NCBI GenBank assembly: GCA_050230475.1
Contig: JBFLGF010000110.1
Span: 1 to 64,000 of the forward strand
DNA from: Ancylonema sp.
Taxonomy: Eukaryota
Length of the DNA stretch: 64,000 bases
Reading direction: 5' to 3'
A program made the translations under genes and the position numbers. A model generated the notes under the pieces. The model searched no databases. It was not told where the DNA came from and worked only from the letters and a program-made list of their open reading frames with translations. Of this stretch, positions 50,500 through 62,618 are shown one piece after another; within the stretch, counting starts at the first letter, position 1; each line of letters opens with the position of its first letter.

Positions 50500-53400
50500 A
50501 ATTTGGTTGAGGAGGGACTTGAAGGCGCCCCTGAACTCAGACCCCTGATCTGACACCACCTCAGCTGGGGCTCCAAACCTGCAGTACAGAGTTAAGGAAG
50601 GCGTAGGCGACGGTGTCTGCGGACTTGTCGACGCAGGGCACCAACTCGACCCACTTGGTGAAGTGTTCGATCATCACTAGCACGTAGCGGTTGCCTCGAC
50701 TGGTAGTGGGGAAGGGGCCAGCGAAGTCGATGCCCCGGCGGTGCCCAAGACCTCGGATGGGAAGGGGTTGAAGTTGCTGCTGGGGGTCCTTGAAGGCTGC
50801 TTTGGCGCGCGCACAGGACTGGCACCCCTTTGGCACCCCTTTCACGTCTACGCCCATCCCCTCCCAGTAGGCCTTATGGAGGAACTTGTGAATGCGCAGC
50901 TCCCCAAAGTGGCCCATCTCTGTATGGACCCTCATGATGAGGGAGACACGCTCAGCAGGGGGAGGCACAATCAGCAGCACCCCCCCCGGAAAGACTTTAT
51001 AGACGTGCCCCTTCAGCCACCTGTACCCCAAGGCCCGCTTGCAGACGCGGTCCTTGTCCCTGGCAGAGGCGCCAACAGCATGGCGATGGTGCTTCAGCAG
51101 GTCCAGAACCGGCTGGTCACCCTAGATGTCGCCTGCTGGTGGGGAAGGGGCAGAGGAAGAGGAAGGAAGGGTAGAGGACAGGGGAGGACGCTGTGGAATA
51201 GTGGCAGTAGCAGGTGCTGCCTGGTGGAAGGCGAAGTAGGTGGCAGGGCTGCTGGCAAAGTCCTCAGCTCCCTGGTAGGCCACCCCCGCAGCGGTACTCC
51301 AGAGCACCCCAAGCTCCTCTTGTTGATCCCTAAAGGCGTCTTCTGTAGACGGCAGGGGGAATCGGTTGCAGCAGTCTGCGACCACGTTCTCCACCCCTGG
51401 CTTATGTTGGATCTCGAACTCGCACTCCTAGAGCAGGAGTGACCACCGCGCCAAACGCCCCGTCAACTTGGAGGTCTTCATCATCCACTTGAGCGCAGCG
51501 TGGTTTGTGAGGAGGAGGAACTTGGAGCCGATGAGGTAGTGGCGGAAGTGCTGCACGGCCCACACGACCGCCAGTGACTCTCCGTCATAGTTGCTGTAGT
51601 TGCGCTCAGCGGCGTTGCAGCTCCTCGAGGCGTACGCTACCACAAACGCCTGCCCCCCCGCATCCAGCTCGCTGAGGACAGCGCCCATGCCGTCCTGGCT
51701 CCAGTCAGTCTACAAGCGGAAGGGCTTGGCGTAGTCGGGACGCCTCAGCACCGGGTCCGAGCAGAGCAGTCGCTTCAGGTGGTCAACAACTGCTTGTTCC
51801 ACTTCTCCCCAGCGTCAGGGGGAGTTTTTCTTCAGCAGCCTGTTGAGAGGGGCTGCAATGGTGGAGAAGGCAGGGACGAACAACCTGTAGTAGGAGAAGA
51901 GGCCCAGCAGCGCACGCAGCCCAGAGAGGTCAGAGGGGGTCTGCATATCGCGGATGGCTTGCATCTTTTCCAGCTGGGGGCGGATCCCAAAGTGGTTAAC
52001 CCGGTGCCTCAGGAAGTCCACCTCCTCAGCGCCGAAAAGGCACTTGCCAGGATGGATATTCAGGCCCTACTCCCGGAGGCGTCTGAAGACGATCTCGAGG
52101 TGCTTCAGGTGCTCTGCAAAGGAAGACGACCAGATGATGATGTCGTCGATGTAGCACCTCGCAAAGGGCAGCCCCGCCAGCACCTGGTCCATGAGGCGCT
52201 GGAAGAAGGGGGGAGCGTTCTTAAGGCCGAAGGGAACCACGTTCCACTCCCAAAGTTGACGTCGCATCCCCCAGAACGCAGTCTTGCACTTTTCGTGCTC
52301 AGCCACTGGCACCTGGTGGTAGCCAGACTTAAGGTCGAGTTTGGAGAAGATCACCGCCCCCTGCAGCTCCTGGAAGATGTCCTCAATCGCAGGAAGGGGG
52401 TAGCGATTCAGGTCGGTGTAGCCGTTGATTAGGCCTGTAATCACCGCAGTGCCGCAGATATGTGTAGGCTCCATCCTCGTCGCGCTTACGCACCACCACC
52501 GTGGCACTGGCGTACTTGGACTGGTGGGAGGGCTTGATGAGGCCTTGCTGCTCCAGCTTGCTGCAGTTCTCTCCCACGAAGTCCCACTCCGTCTTGCCCA
52601 GCTTGTGAGCGTGAGAGAAGATAGGGCGGTCTGTAGTCAGGGGGATCTCTATGGGCGCACCAGTGAAGCCCCCTAGATCAGCCGTCGAGTACGCGAAGTC
52701 AGCTTTGTGGCCTTCGAGGAAGTCCACCAGCTTGAGCTTCTCCGCCTTAGTGAGCCCCCCCCCCAGCTTCCAAGCACCCTCGGTGTCTAGAGCTGCCATG
52801 AAGGGTTGCTGGTCATGCAACATGTCCCGCAGCGGCTGCCCCCTCTTGGTCTGCTCGTGCTCAAGGAGCCGGATCCAGTCCTCCACCATGAGAGCCGCCT
52901 TGTAGAGGTGCAGGCGCTCTTCAGGACCAGTGTCGTAGTGTTGCAGCTACTCCGGGTCATAGAAGAACTCCTCGGAGGCATCGTCAAAGTGCAGCGCATG
53001 GAACTCAACGGGGAGTGAGAGCGCTGAAGTCTCCATGCTGTCCAGAAACCACTCCCTATTTCCCCCCTCCCTCAGACCACACACCTCCAGTGTTTGGCTG
53101 AGAGTGGGGTCTGATCCCTACGGGATGGAGTGGAAGGCCAGAATCGCACCGGACCACTGGATGACGTGGCGGTCGATAGTCTAGCCCAGCATGTGGTGAC
53201 GGTCGGCACCTGACACACATGGCCCTCCATCCGTGTGGCCGACGTCGTAGCCCAACAGAATCTCCTTCTCCCGCAAACTGGGAGACTCCCACTTCTGCGG
53301 TGTGTCGTTGATGAGCTGCCCCGGCCCTGGACGCCCATCCTTTCTGCGCTGGAAGGCGTGGCTGAGGGGGTAGCTGACAATGGTGGGGAGGACCTTCCTG

Positions 53401-56400
53401 TCCTGGCCCTTGACGTTGCAGAGTCGAAACGGAGGTTGATCACAGGAGAAGACAGGGGCTGGATAGTGCTCGTCATCGAGGTAGACCTCCAGCATGGGAA
53501 GAGGGTGGTCGTCTGGCAGCAGGCTGGCCAGTTCCTCTGGAGCCAGCATGTTCGTCTAGAAGCGACTCCATCTGTGGGAAAGGGATCCGAGCTGGGGAGC
53601 GTCGATGCAGATCGAGGGCTCTCCCAAGAAGGCTCGGATGAGCTTGTCCGCGTCCAGCACCGCCTTGCCTGCGTCTGCGTCGATGCAATCGTTCTCAAGG
53701 AGGTAGATGACCGGCCATCCTCCCTGCTCCGTCTGGCACCAGTTGATGATGCGGCAGAGGTCGAGGAAGACTAGAAAGCAAATGTCCTTATGGCCCCGTC
53801 GTGGTCCTGCTCTGCTGATCGCTTGGCAGGGGAAGCCAGGTGCCACCATATCGATGGGGCCACGCTTGGCTGTAAGGTTAACCAGGTTCATTGCGCTGAT
53901 CTTGCGGATGTCTTGCGCCAGCCGTTTTTCGAACTCCTCGATAATAGAAGCAGGGAGCAGGTGTGGATGGAGGGCGTGCTGCTTGGCCACCACAGTACGA
54001 GCCACGACATGGACATCTCGAGAGATGTCCACAAAGGTGTAAGTTTTGATGGGGATGCCGTTGTTGACGCACAACATCAAGTTGGGGCAGCCCGAGCCCC
54101 CCATGAAGTCGACCACGTGGACGCCCTCCTTCAGCTGCTGCACCGTCAGTTGCTGGATGTCCTGGCAGATAGGACTGACCAGATTGAGTTCTGGACTAGT
54201 CCACACTACGGGTGCAGACTTCGGCTTCTTCGATTGCTTCTTGGCTGAAGACTTCAGCTTGCCGATCCAGGAGCGCCGTTGCCGAGCCTCCCAGAAGGAG
54301 TTGGTGATGGCCGCCCTCTGGGATAGCTTGGCAAGTGTTTGGCTCTCCAGAGACCAGTTGCCATCTGGGAGAGGGGGTCCCGGCTTTGGGATGATGCCCT
54401 TCTTGCGTCTCGCCCTCTCCTCAACAGCTTTGTTGCGGTCCAGCTCAGCTCTCAGGTCCGACACGGGTGGGATGACCGCCAACACTAAGTCATGTTGACG
54501 AGTGAAGAGCTCAGGCTCGGGTCCAATGAGCCCACATGTACGGTTACTGTCTAGATAGGAGCGCAGCTGCTCCACGTGCAAGAGCACCGTGTCAGCCATG
54601 TCGCTAAGGTCTGGGACAGACATGATGGAGAAGGAAGGGATGGAGCGCATCCAGCAGCCCAAGTAGAGGTGAGCCAGCACTGTGCGCAGCATCTGTCGTC
54701 TGCTCTCCCGAAAGGCCTCCCGAGCATGCCATTGGGCCTCCAGCCACTCCAGTGCTGCCACTTGTCCGCGGAGAGATTCTGGGTCCTGAGGTCCACCTAG
54801 GAAGCCCTCGAAGTTGTTGGCATCCTCAGGGATCGGGAATGTGGAAGGGGGGATGTAAGTGTCAATCGGCACTCTTGCCGTCCTCTCCCCTTGCCGCCCC
54901 ACTCTTGGCAAATCTCTAGGTAGTTCTGACGCAGGTTGATGGAGTTGACCACTCGGTTGACGAAGTGGGAACCTAGCAGCACGTCGTAAGTCTCGGCGTT
55001 GTCCACCAATATGTGTAGATGCGCCACGGCTTCGTCCACTGTCCCAGGGAGAAGTCGAATGGCCACCGTCTTCTTGGTCACGCCTCTGCATCTGGCCGTG
55101 TTGCCATCTACAGTGAGGTAGGGGATGCCTGCAGCCAGATCTGCGTCTGTAATGCCCATCCTCTCCGCGTGCTTCTTCCCTATCATAACGTAGTTGGGCC
55201 CCGTGTCCACAACTACGTTTTCTGCTCCCATGCCGTCAAGGGTAAGCACATTTGCTGCATTCGGCAGCGTCATGTTTTTGTAGCAGATGATGTCCCGAAG
55301 GTTGGGAGGGATGATGGAAGCGAAGGTCGGATCCAGGAGTAGGGACTGCAGTTCCGGCGTGAAGGTCGAGAAGTCCTTGGCGAAGGACAAAGGAAGTGCC
55401 TGGAGGGGGTGTAAAAGAATTGTGTCCCTTGCTGGCCTCCCGAGACTGGGTATGTGGCGTTAACAGGTCTTGCACAAGAGCTGGATCTGGCCTCACCAGA
55501 TCCCAGCTGAAATTCCCCCCCTCAAGCTCGAACACGTTAGCTGCGTCATTGGCAACAACTGCAGACGCGTTCAGCAACACCCTCTTGATCGCTTCCCTGG
55601 CTTGCTCCAAGTGTTGCTCAGCCTCCTTGGCAGCTTCCATGGCCCGCTGCACAACCTCCAAGAGTGGAATTGAAGGCAGCTTCTGGGCTGGCGGCTCGTT
55701 CTCGTTGGTAGTGCCAGGCTCCAGGTCTCCGAATGGCCGCGTCTCAAAGATGCGTGGCATTTTCAAGGCCCTATCTGGCGCCCTGCCATAATCTTGACCC
55801 GTTGCAGGGCCTCTGCGAGCTGAAGCTACCACCCCAGAGCTGGGTGCAGTCACAGATGCAGAACTTGGAAAAGTTGGAGTGCGGGCTAAAGCTGGAGCTG
55901 GGGGAGGTTCTGGAGAAGAAACCCCAGGTGGCTCTGGTTCCGGTTCCCCGGAGGTGCTCGGATCAACAGAGATGGAAGGAGTTGGCTGCCTGGCCAGTCA
56001 CTCTCCCATTCTGGAAGCAGACTCGGACAAGAGTGGTCCGGTCTCTTCGTATCTGATCGGCTCCTCCGTCGCCGGATCCTAGGCCACTTTTTTGCCTACT
56101 GCTTCCCTGGCACCTAATCTGGAAGATCGCCTCAGATTTAGGTCTTCAGCAGCGGCTTGCAGCTTCAAGGCCGACTTGAGAGGCAGTTGGCACCCTTTAA
56201 GAAAAGGGTCGTCCTCCACCACATAGTCGTGGTTAAGGTAGCGAGGCTCAGGCTCTTCCAACTCATCTATGTGCTACATCACAGTGCCTTGTTGAGCTTG
56301 TAGAGCATGCTGGGTGGCTTGGGAGGAAGCCGGGGAGTATCCAGCCTGCTTTTGCTAGCACCGCGTTTCGGTGTGGTGCATCTTCTAACAGATGGTGCAC

Positions 56401-57800
56401 CTGGCACCCTTCGTCCGATGTGCCTCCGTGAGGTTCCACCTCTGCGGCGGTGCAGACCCAGCGCTGCTTGCAGCTCTCGAGGCAGCAGATGTAGAAGGGG
56501 GCTACTGCGTCTGAGACTGCTGCTAACCACCTATTCTAAGAGCTGCATGAGATTGGCCAGCTCCAGATGATGTCGGCTTAGACGGGCAATGCCGCATCAG
56601 ATGATCTGTCTGGCCGCACGTGTGGCAGGCACGGTCGTCTCGGCCAGAGTAGGCAGTAGTGGGAGATGGAGTAGAGACCGAGGGTAGGTTGGAGCGAGTG
56701 GGAGCAGAGTTTTGCCTCCTAGATGGCTGCTGCTGCTGCTGCTGGCCGGAGTTCCCTTGCAAAATCTGCACCCTTCTCGCCACGGGCTCCAGAATCAAGT
56801 TGGTGACGTTGTTGTTGGCCGGATCCAACCCGAAGTTACGGAACTCAGCCGTCCTGGCCTGCGGCGTATTCTCCGCTGCAGCAACGATGGTGCGAATCTG
56901 ATCGCGACCCATGGTTGGCAAGCCTGCAGCCAGCCGTCTCGCCTCCTCAGCACGGTAGTTAGCGTCCATCTCAATCTTGACAACTCTAGGTAGAGCGTTG
57001 TAGAACCGCAGCGTCCCCTCCCTCGGGATGGTCCGTCCAAACTGCTCACAAGCAGTGGCATCTTCATCGATCTTCGTGAAGATCATGTGAACGGAGTCCT
57101 CTGGGTCCGCTTGAAAGTTACGCAGCCTGTTGAAGGCTTCGGTAACGTCGCTGATGAACCGCAGACGGATGGCAACGAAGAAAGATTCGATGTCGTCCGG
57201 TTCATCGGCTAGCGGAGGCTGAGGAGGGTGTGCTGGGTTCGGGAGGGTTTGCCTCCTCCCGTCGATAGGTCATCCTGACTCTGCGGGCGGCAGCTCTATC
57301 CGCTTGCCGCTGATGATCCGCGTGGCCGGCTGGAAAAACCGCAGTCCTTTCGGTGACGTGGCTGGTGAGAACTTTCCTAGCATCCCGCCCGAGGAAAGGA
57401 ACCAAGTCGTAGAGGAGGAATTCAATCTCCCCATATCCCTTTTTGATGCGGGCCGGACGCATCGCGATCTTATAGTAGAGACCGCGAGCATCGATGAAAA
57501 AATCTGTCTGGTGGGAGCCTATCTCCCCATTGTACTGAGCGATGGAGTCGCCCATGTCTTCAGAGTCGCCTTCTAGAATCTGTATGTTGAGCAGAACCAC
57601 CCGCGGAGCTAGCGGTGATGTGGTCTCTTCTGTCTCGTCAGCTGGGGAGCCGGACCGCGAACATGCGGGTCCTAACGCCAGAGTGTTATCTGATAAACTA
57701 CGACCTAGACGGCCACCTCCACTACGTCGCCATGACATTCAGCAGTCATGTGCGCAGCGGGTGGGGGTCGGGCTTAGTTAGACCCAGCTGATAGATGCAA
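50500..57800 (-). mobile_element. Degenerate Ty3/gypsy retrotransposon with embedded C5-DNA methyltransferase; 3'-truncated within integrase
   Basis: Order gag (CCHC CHTCGQTDHLMRHC ~56585-56630), protease (VVVDTGPNY ~55190-55220), DNMT (54130-53150), RT (KLDLKSGYHQ, VPFGLKNAP, YIDD ~52140-52153), RNase H (TDWS..AYASR..ERNY), integrase (H-H-C-C, GIDFAGP, SDQGSEF). RT-RH-INT order indicates Ty3/gypsy. LTR limits not resolved. Confidence 0.95.
53150..54130 (-). pseudogene. DNMT3/DRM-like C5-cytosine methyltransferase domain of the Ty3/gypsy pol (two in-frame stops)
   Basis: Motif I VVDFMGGSG (~54090-54117), II YTFVDI, III QDIRKI, IV GFPCQ (53823-53837), VI YLLEN (~53691-53705), VIII SHRWSRF*TN (~53550-53579), IX EKEILLGYDVGHT, X RHHMLG*TID, in canonical I-X order. 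Confidence 0.93.
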
Positions 57801-58214
57801 CTTTTCTGATAAACTATCCAAGGCAATGGAGACCTTGGTTGCCCACATGCGCCGTGAGCTGGCGATTTTTTCGGCTAATGGGTTCCTGCCAACCTCTAAG
57901 CACTACTCAACGCAGCGGTATCAATACACAAAGTAATGCAAGACACGTGCGAGGCGATGATAGAAGTTCCGGGAAGTTATCAGAAAAGTTAGGGTACAAC
58001 GCTATTCCTATTCCGTGAGAGGTTGTTATGAGAAGTGGGAGGAATCGTTTTTATAAACAAAGAATGTGAGTCTACATAATGGTGAACATGTTGATTCTGA
58101 ATCATGGATTTGAAACGCGGTAACGCTTTTACTTTTCAAACTGCGATATTCGTATTGGGAGGGGTAACTAATTGTCCTCATCATTCTTCTAAATAGTGCC
58201 AAAAGGTGGGCTCC

Positions 58215-58700
58215 GTACAACGCGGCAGAAAGTGTGACTACTATGGAAAGATAGGACACATGGAAGCAGCGTGCATCAGCAAGCGCAACGACATTCAGTC
58301 CAAGAATGAGCAAGAGCGACGACAGGATGATAGCCGAGGACATGGAAGAAACTATCAACAACAATCAACGCAAGAGAAGGAGATTCAACAGTTCGAGGAG
58401 GAGAAGGAAAGCATTTATGAGGGTTATGTGCTGACATAATTAGTAGCCGAGATAGCCCTCGACGAATCGAAAAACTCGGAGGCCATTCGATCAAAAGAAG
58501 TGATCCCCGACGGACTGCATCGACAGGAGGATGAAGGGGAGCAGAAGCTCTGGCTCCTGGACTCGGGATCCACGCATCACGTGTGCACCGATGTGGAATC
58601 CTTCCACAACTTGGAGTGCGTAGAGAAAGACACCAATCCGAGATTCGTGACAGGGACTTTGAAAGTTACCCATGTAAGGTCACCAATGGTGGAGCTTGAC
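58215..58700 (+). mobile_element. Ty1/copia gag-protease remnant
   Basis: Decayed knuckle CDYYGKIGHMEAAC and protease motif WLLDSGSTHHVC. Confidence 0.8.
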
Positions 58701-58789
58701 AAGCAGTTCAATTTTCTGAATGTCCGTAGTCCACGTCACTATCTCTACCGGACGGCCGGTCTAAGGCCTACATGTGCGGACATGAGTAA

Positions 58790-59576
58790 TGACGTGCCAG
58801 ATAGGATCGATAGGGTTCAGGTTCGTTGATGACGTAATCAATTGATGTATGACGTCATAAGGTAGTCCATCGACATGAATTGGTGAATGTCGATATCGAT
58901 GACTTTGTAAGTGTAACTGGGCATCTGCCCTAACTAAGGAGTTTGGTACGCTTGACTCGCACAGTGATTGTAAACAATCACACAAACGACGGCAGGAACG
59001 TCGCCTTGACTCGGAAACTCTCTCACTGCGGGCAAGATGACAACGCGATAGCTCTACAATATTCTAAATGCAGAGTAATGCGATACAATAGTACAGTAAG
59101 TACAGCGATAGCTCTCGATCAGCGAGCAGTTATTTATGTGTAAGTCTATAATGCTTGTAATCATTAGCAAAACGACTGTGAGTCTGCACACCGACTTGCG
59201 TCGATGTAAATGTGTGAGTCACGAAGCTGCGTAGCAGGCAACGATGGTAAAGTACTGAGAGCGATAGCTCGATCAACCAAACGATGATAATAGCAAGTGG
59301 CAAGATGCACATGCAACAGATTGCAAGCAAAGCAAAGCCACACACACAAGATACAATTTACAATAGAGACGAAGTGGAATGCAAGTCTCTTCAGCGTTAG
59401 ATTCAGCGAAAGCTGAATTCTGAGTTCGAAATACAAAGGTTGTATATTCAAACTCTACAGACGACGCTAGACGCGTGTCGATCTACAATTCAATCTCAGG
59501 AAATATGCCTCGCGCGCAAATGTCTTATCTACAATATCTATCGTCGGATATTCATCGACGGCTAACAATTATGACA
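58790..59576. mobile_element. Possible solo LTR or LTR fragment related to the 36189 insertion
   Basis: Starts TGACGTGCCAGAT (compare TGACGTGCAAGAT at 36189); candidate end ATGACA at 59576; flanks AGTAA/AGTCA match 4 of 5. Right boundary uncertain. Confidence 0.4.
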
Positions 59577-60083
59577 AGTCATCACAAGTTGATTGCTGAC
59601 TAGTACAAAGGTGCCACGTCGGATCGACGGATAACAAATGCTAAACAATCTCTAATTCAAATATTGAGCGGGGGCGGAGGCTGACAACTGGAGCTCGGGA
59701 GCGGGACCGGCGAGCGGGGCGGAAGTTGTAGTGCGGCGGAACTCTTGATTTGGCGCGGCGCAGACGTGAGATTTAATATAGGGAGAGATTTAGTAGATAT
59801 TAGGGGTAAAATAGTTAACGATCTCAGTTGTCGTGATAGTAAAGGTGGAACCATAAAAATATGGATATGTTTCCCACGCGTAAAATATTTGCCGTATCGG
59901 AACCGGTTTTGATGTATCGCGGAGAAAAAATGCCGTAGAGACGTACTCGTATCCGTATCGGCGTAACCGTCGGCGTATCGGGGGGTACCTAGCCGTACCA
60001 GTTTTACTACGCATTTCACTATGTATCATGACCGTTATAAGATTGTTATTAAAAAAAAAAAAAAACACCAACCAAATCATATT

Positions 60084-60454
60084 CATAGATGGGTCAGCAC
60101 CGTGCGCAATATTTGCGCACGCGTGCGGCACGCGTGCCGCACCGGGACAATTTCCGTAATCGACTTTCGGACGTCGAAATTTGACCAAGTAGTGAGCAGT
60201 GACCATTTTGCAATGTAAGTAGTTCGATATAACGTCTTAGGCCCTAAATTGAATACTGCCACGTTGTAACCGGTTCACCAAATACATTTCATGAATTTGG
60301 AAACATCCTCGCACCCCTGGGGTGTAGGAAGTACCCCCCCCCCCCCCCGGGTAATAATAATATAATTTTAACGCCTATAGGTCAGCACCGTGCGCGAGAT
60401 TTGCGCACGCGTGCGGAACATGTGCGGGACGCGCACTTCAAAGACCCATCTATG
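60084..60454. mobile_element. hAT-like MITE (371 bp)
   Basis: 12-bp perfect TIR CATAGATGGGTC/GACCCATCTATG; 8-bp TSD ATCATATT/ATCATGTT (one mismatch); absent from the opposite arm of the palindrome. Confidence 0.88.
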
Positions 60455-62347
60455 ATCATGTTCAATAAATCCTTGATTCCCAACGGGTAGAGCCCGACTA
60501 TTCGGATCAAATGAAAGTCCGATAATAATGATAATCCAAATCACTACAAAATCACAAAATAATGATTTTGAAGTTAAATATAAAAACGCATCGCGTAAAA
60601 TAAATGTGATATTTATTGTAGAACTCCTCGAATTTCATCGAGAGTCGTCACGATATAATGAGTGCAAAGTTCACCTCGGAAAATCTATAAAATCATACTG
60701 TGACATCAATGTGATTTTCAATTCTTCTTACTATACAACTAAACAAATATAATTGAAAGTCATTGAAAGTTACACTTTGGGTGTGGATTCTTTATTTTTG
60801 ACTCGTCATAACAAAAAGAATATCAATCTCCTCCTACATATCCAAAGGTAATTCTTCAAAACATAACAATATACCATCGTAACATCTACAATCCAACTCA
60901 ATAAATATTATTCAATGCTAAAAACAACCAATAGAATAACAAATCTACCCAAGTAACCAATCTACCCGACAATACACTGTGTTACGTAACCTATGGCGCC
61001 AAACAGTGAAGTATACAACCCCTTGCTCATTGTAGAGTACCGTCAAATTCTTTTGAGATGTATAGTGTCCTAGACGACTACCTCATTTCCAATCGCGATT
61101 TTTCTCGCTTTTGTAACGGCACCGACAGTCTCGACAACACCGGTGACAAGGTCATTCATATGGTGTCACATGTTGAACAGGTTCTTCGACGCTGTCTCCA
61201 GGTGTTTCACAAGGAGAGGTTCACAATCTTTTGCAATGTTAACCATCGCGTAAAACACCCATGTCCCTTTAGCAATCACTCCAACCGCGACCAAGGAAAC
61301 CAAGGCGGCCCCTTGAACCACCTTATTCACTCTCGCCACGATGACCACAACAAAGTATGCGATCGTTAACAGCTTGCAACCAAAAACTACTCGCTTCACC
61401 GTGACTCGGTGTGCTCCGCCGTTCCCCCTGTCACAACGGCGGAGCACACCGAGTCACAATAAAACGAGTAGTTCTTGGTCGCAAGTTGTTAAATATCGCG
61501 TACTTTGTTGCGATCATCGTCACGGGATTGAATAAGGTGGCACTAGTGGCCGCCATGGTTTCTTTGGTCGCGGCTGGAGTGAGTGCTACAAGGAGATGGG
61601 TCCTCTACGCAATGGTTTTCTTTGCAAAAGACTGCGAACTCCTCTATGTTAAGCACTTGGAGATAGCGTCGAAAACCCTGTTCAACATGCAAAACCATGC
61701 CGATGACCATGCCAACGGTGTCCTCGCTACTCTCAATGACAATACTAAAGCGCGTAAAAAATGAATTGGAGAGAAGATTGTGGTATGGGACACCGCCCAA
61801 CTCAAAAGAATTCGACGGTACTCTACAGTAGGCAAGGGGTTGTACAAAATCACTGTTTTACGCCATTGGTTACGTAACAAAGTGTATTGTCGGGTAGATT
61901 GGTTGCTCGGGCAGATTTATTACTCTATTGGTTGTTTTTTTCATTGATTTATATTTTTTCTGGTGGATTGCAGATGTTACGATGGTTTTTTTTTTGGTTA
62001 CGAGGAGTTCCTTTTGGATATGTACAGGGATATTGATTCTGTTATTTTTACCATGAGTCATAGTTAGAGATTCTACACCCAAAGTGTAAATTTGTAAACG
62101 CATTGATGAATTGACTTTCGATGGTATTGAAGAGTTGTACACCAGGAATTGAAGATCACATTCATGCTACATCATGAATTTGTAGATTTTTCAGTTTGAA
62201 CTTTGTATTTATTATATTGTGACGTTTTTTGTTAAAATTTGAGGAGTTCTTCAAAAAATATCACATTTATTTTACGTGATGTATTAAAACAAATCAACTT
62301 CAAAATCATTGTATCGTGATTTTATAGTGAATTGGAATATCATTATA

Positions 62348-62618
62348 CCGTACTGGGTACCGTAAATAATTTTTAATTAATTATTGAAACCCGAAATCAA
62401 TCATTTATATTAATACCTATGAGGTCGGAATCATTAACCTAAAATCATTGATATTAATACCACTTCTGGATTTGTTTTTATTTCTGTATATAGGTTTCCA
62501 GAAGTCATTGCCAAAAATCATCAATAATAACTACCGGATTCCCAGAATCTTTCTTACAAATCATTAACAAATTAATTCGTTTTGAAAAAACAGAAATCGT
62601 TTACGGTGCCCAGTACGG
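62348..62618. mobile_element. Tc1/mariner-type (Stowaway-like) MITE (271 bp)
   Basis: 19-bp TIR CCGTACTGGG(T/C)ACCGTAAA, TA target duplication (62346-62347, 62619-62620), internal AATCATT repeats; absent from the opposite palindrome arm. Confidence 0.9.

Noticed and set aside
53150..54130. Host DNMT3/DRM gene or bacterial restriction-modification contaminant
   Set aside because: Intronless, no host regulatory domains recognised, in frame with RT and flanked by gag/PR and RT/RH/INT.
57740..58030. 5' LTR and PBS of the DNMT-gypsy element (inverted ACTTTTCTGATAA/TTATCAGAAAAGT noted)
   Set aside because: No matching 3' LTR or recognisable PBS, so boundaries cannot be supported.
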